From Leucoraja ocellata (lineage: Eukaryota), in assembly GCA_036785375.1 (NCBI GenBank), contig JAWMAR010000030.1, positions 5,580,001 through 5,644,000 on the forward strand: a DNA stretch of 64,000 bases. The letters are read 5' to 3'. A program made the position numbers and the translations under genes. The notes beneath the pieces were generated by a model, which saw nothing but the letters and a program-made list of their open reading frames with translations, searched no databases and was not told where the DNA came from. How positions within the stretch are numbered: the stretch's first letter is position 1; the number at the start of each line of letters is the position of its first letter. Of the stretch, positions 63,770 to 64,000 are shown in pieces.

Positions 63770-64000
63770 GTGAGCAAGTCTGCAATAATAAGAGATAATA
63801 TCATCTATTTAAAATTTTAAGCCTTAGTGGTCCTGAGTAAACTGTCATATTTGTTTGAAGCAATAAAAGACAAAGGGTGCAGGAATAGGCCATTCGGCCC
63901 TTTGGGCCAGCACCGCCATTCACAGTGATCATGGCTGATCATCCACAATCAGTACCCCGTTCCTGCCTTCTCCCCATATCCCTTGACTCCGCCAATTTTA

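Overview
Eukaryotic, repeat-rich, AT-rich vertebrate DNA. The repeat content (CR1 LINEs, HE1/V-type and Deu-type SINEs, Penelope remnants) points to a cartilaginous fish, probably a skate or ray (inference). The window appears to lie entirely inside a plus-strand transmembrane collagen gene, best matching COL13A1. Ten short GT-AG exons (32776-63769, 311 nt, including an 8-nt micro-exon) splice in frame to [104 protein letters not shown] (COL1 domain). I found no upstream exon, so the first 32.7 kb is inferred to be one long intron. The ORFs in the supplied track are transposon fragments or chance ORFs, apart from partial overlap with real exons. The most notable observations are: (i) short Penelope-derived inserts with 10-14 bp TSDs, fold-back structure and a minimal hammerhead-ribozyme-like core; (ii) Harbinger-like MITEs, two of which landed at the same TTA of that repeat; (iii) a 45-nt basic exon that resembles COL23A1/COL25A1 rather than mammalian COL13A1; (iv) a 33/34 inverted repeat spanning 3.1 kb of intron; and (v) several candidate splicing-control elements. 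No prokaryote-type novel system (CRISPR, defence operon etc.) is present. Comparisons to human proteins and repeat consensus sequences are from memory and need database confirmation.
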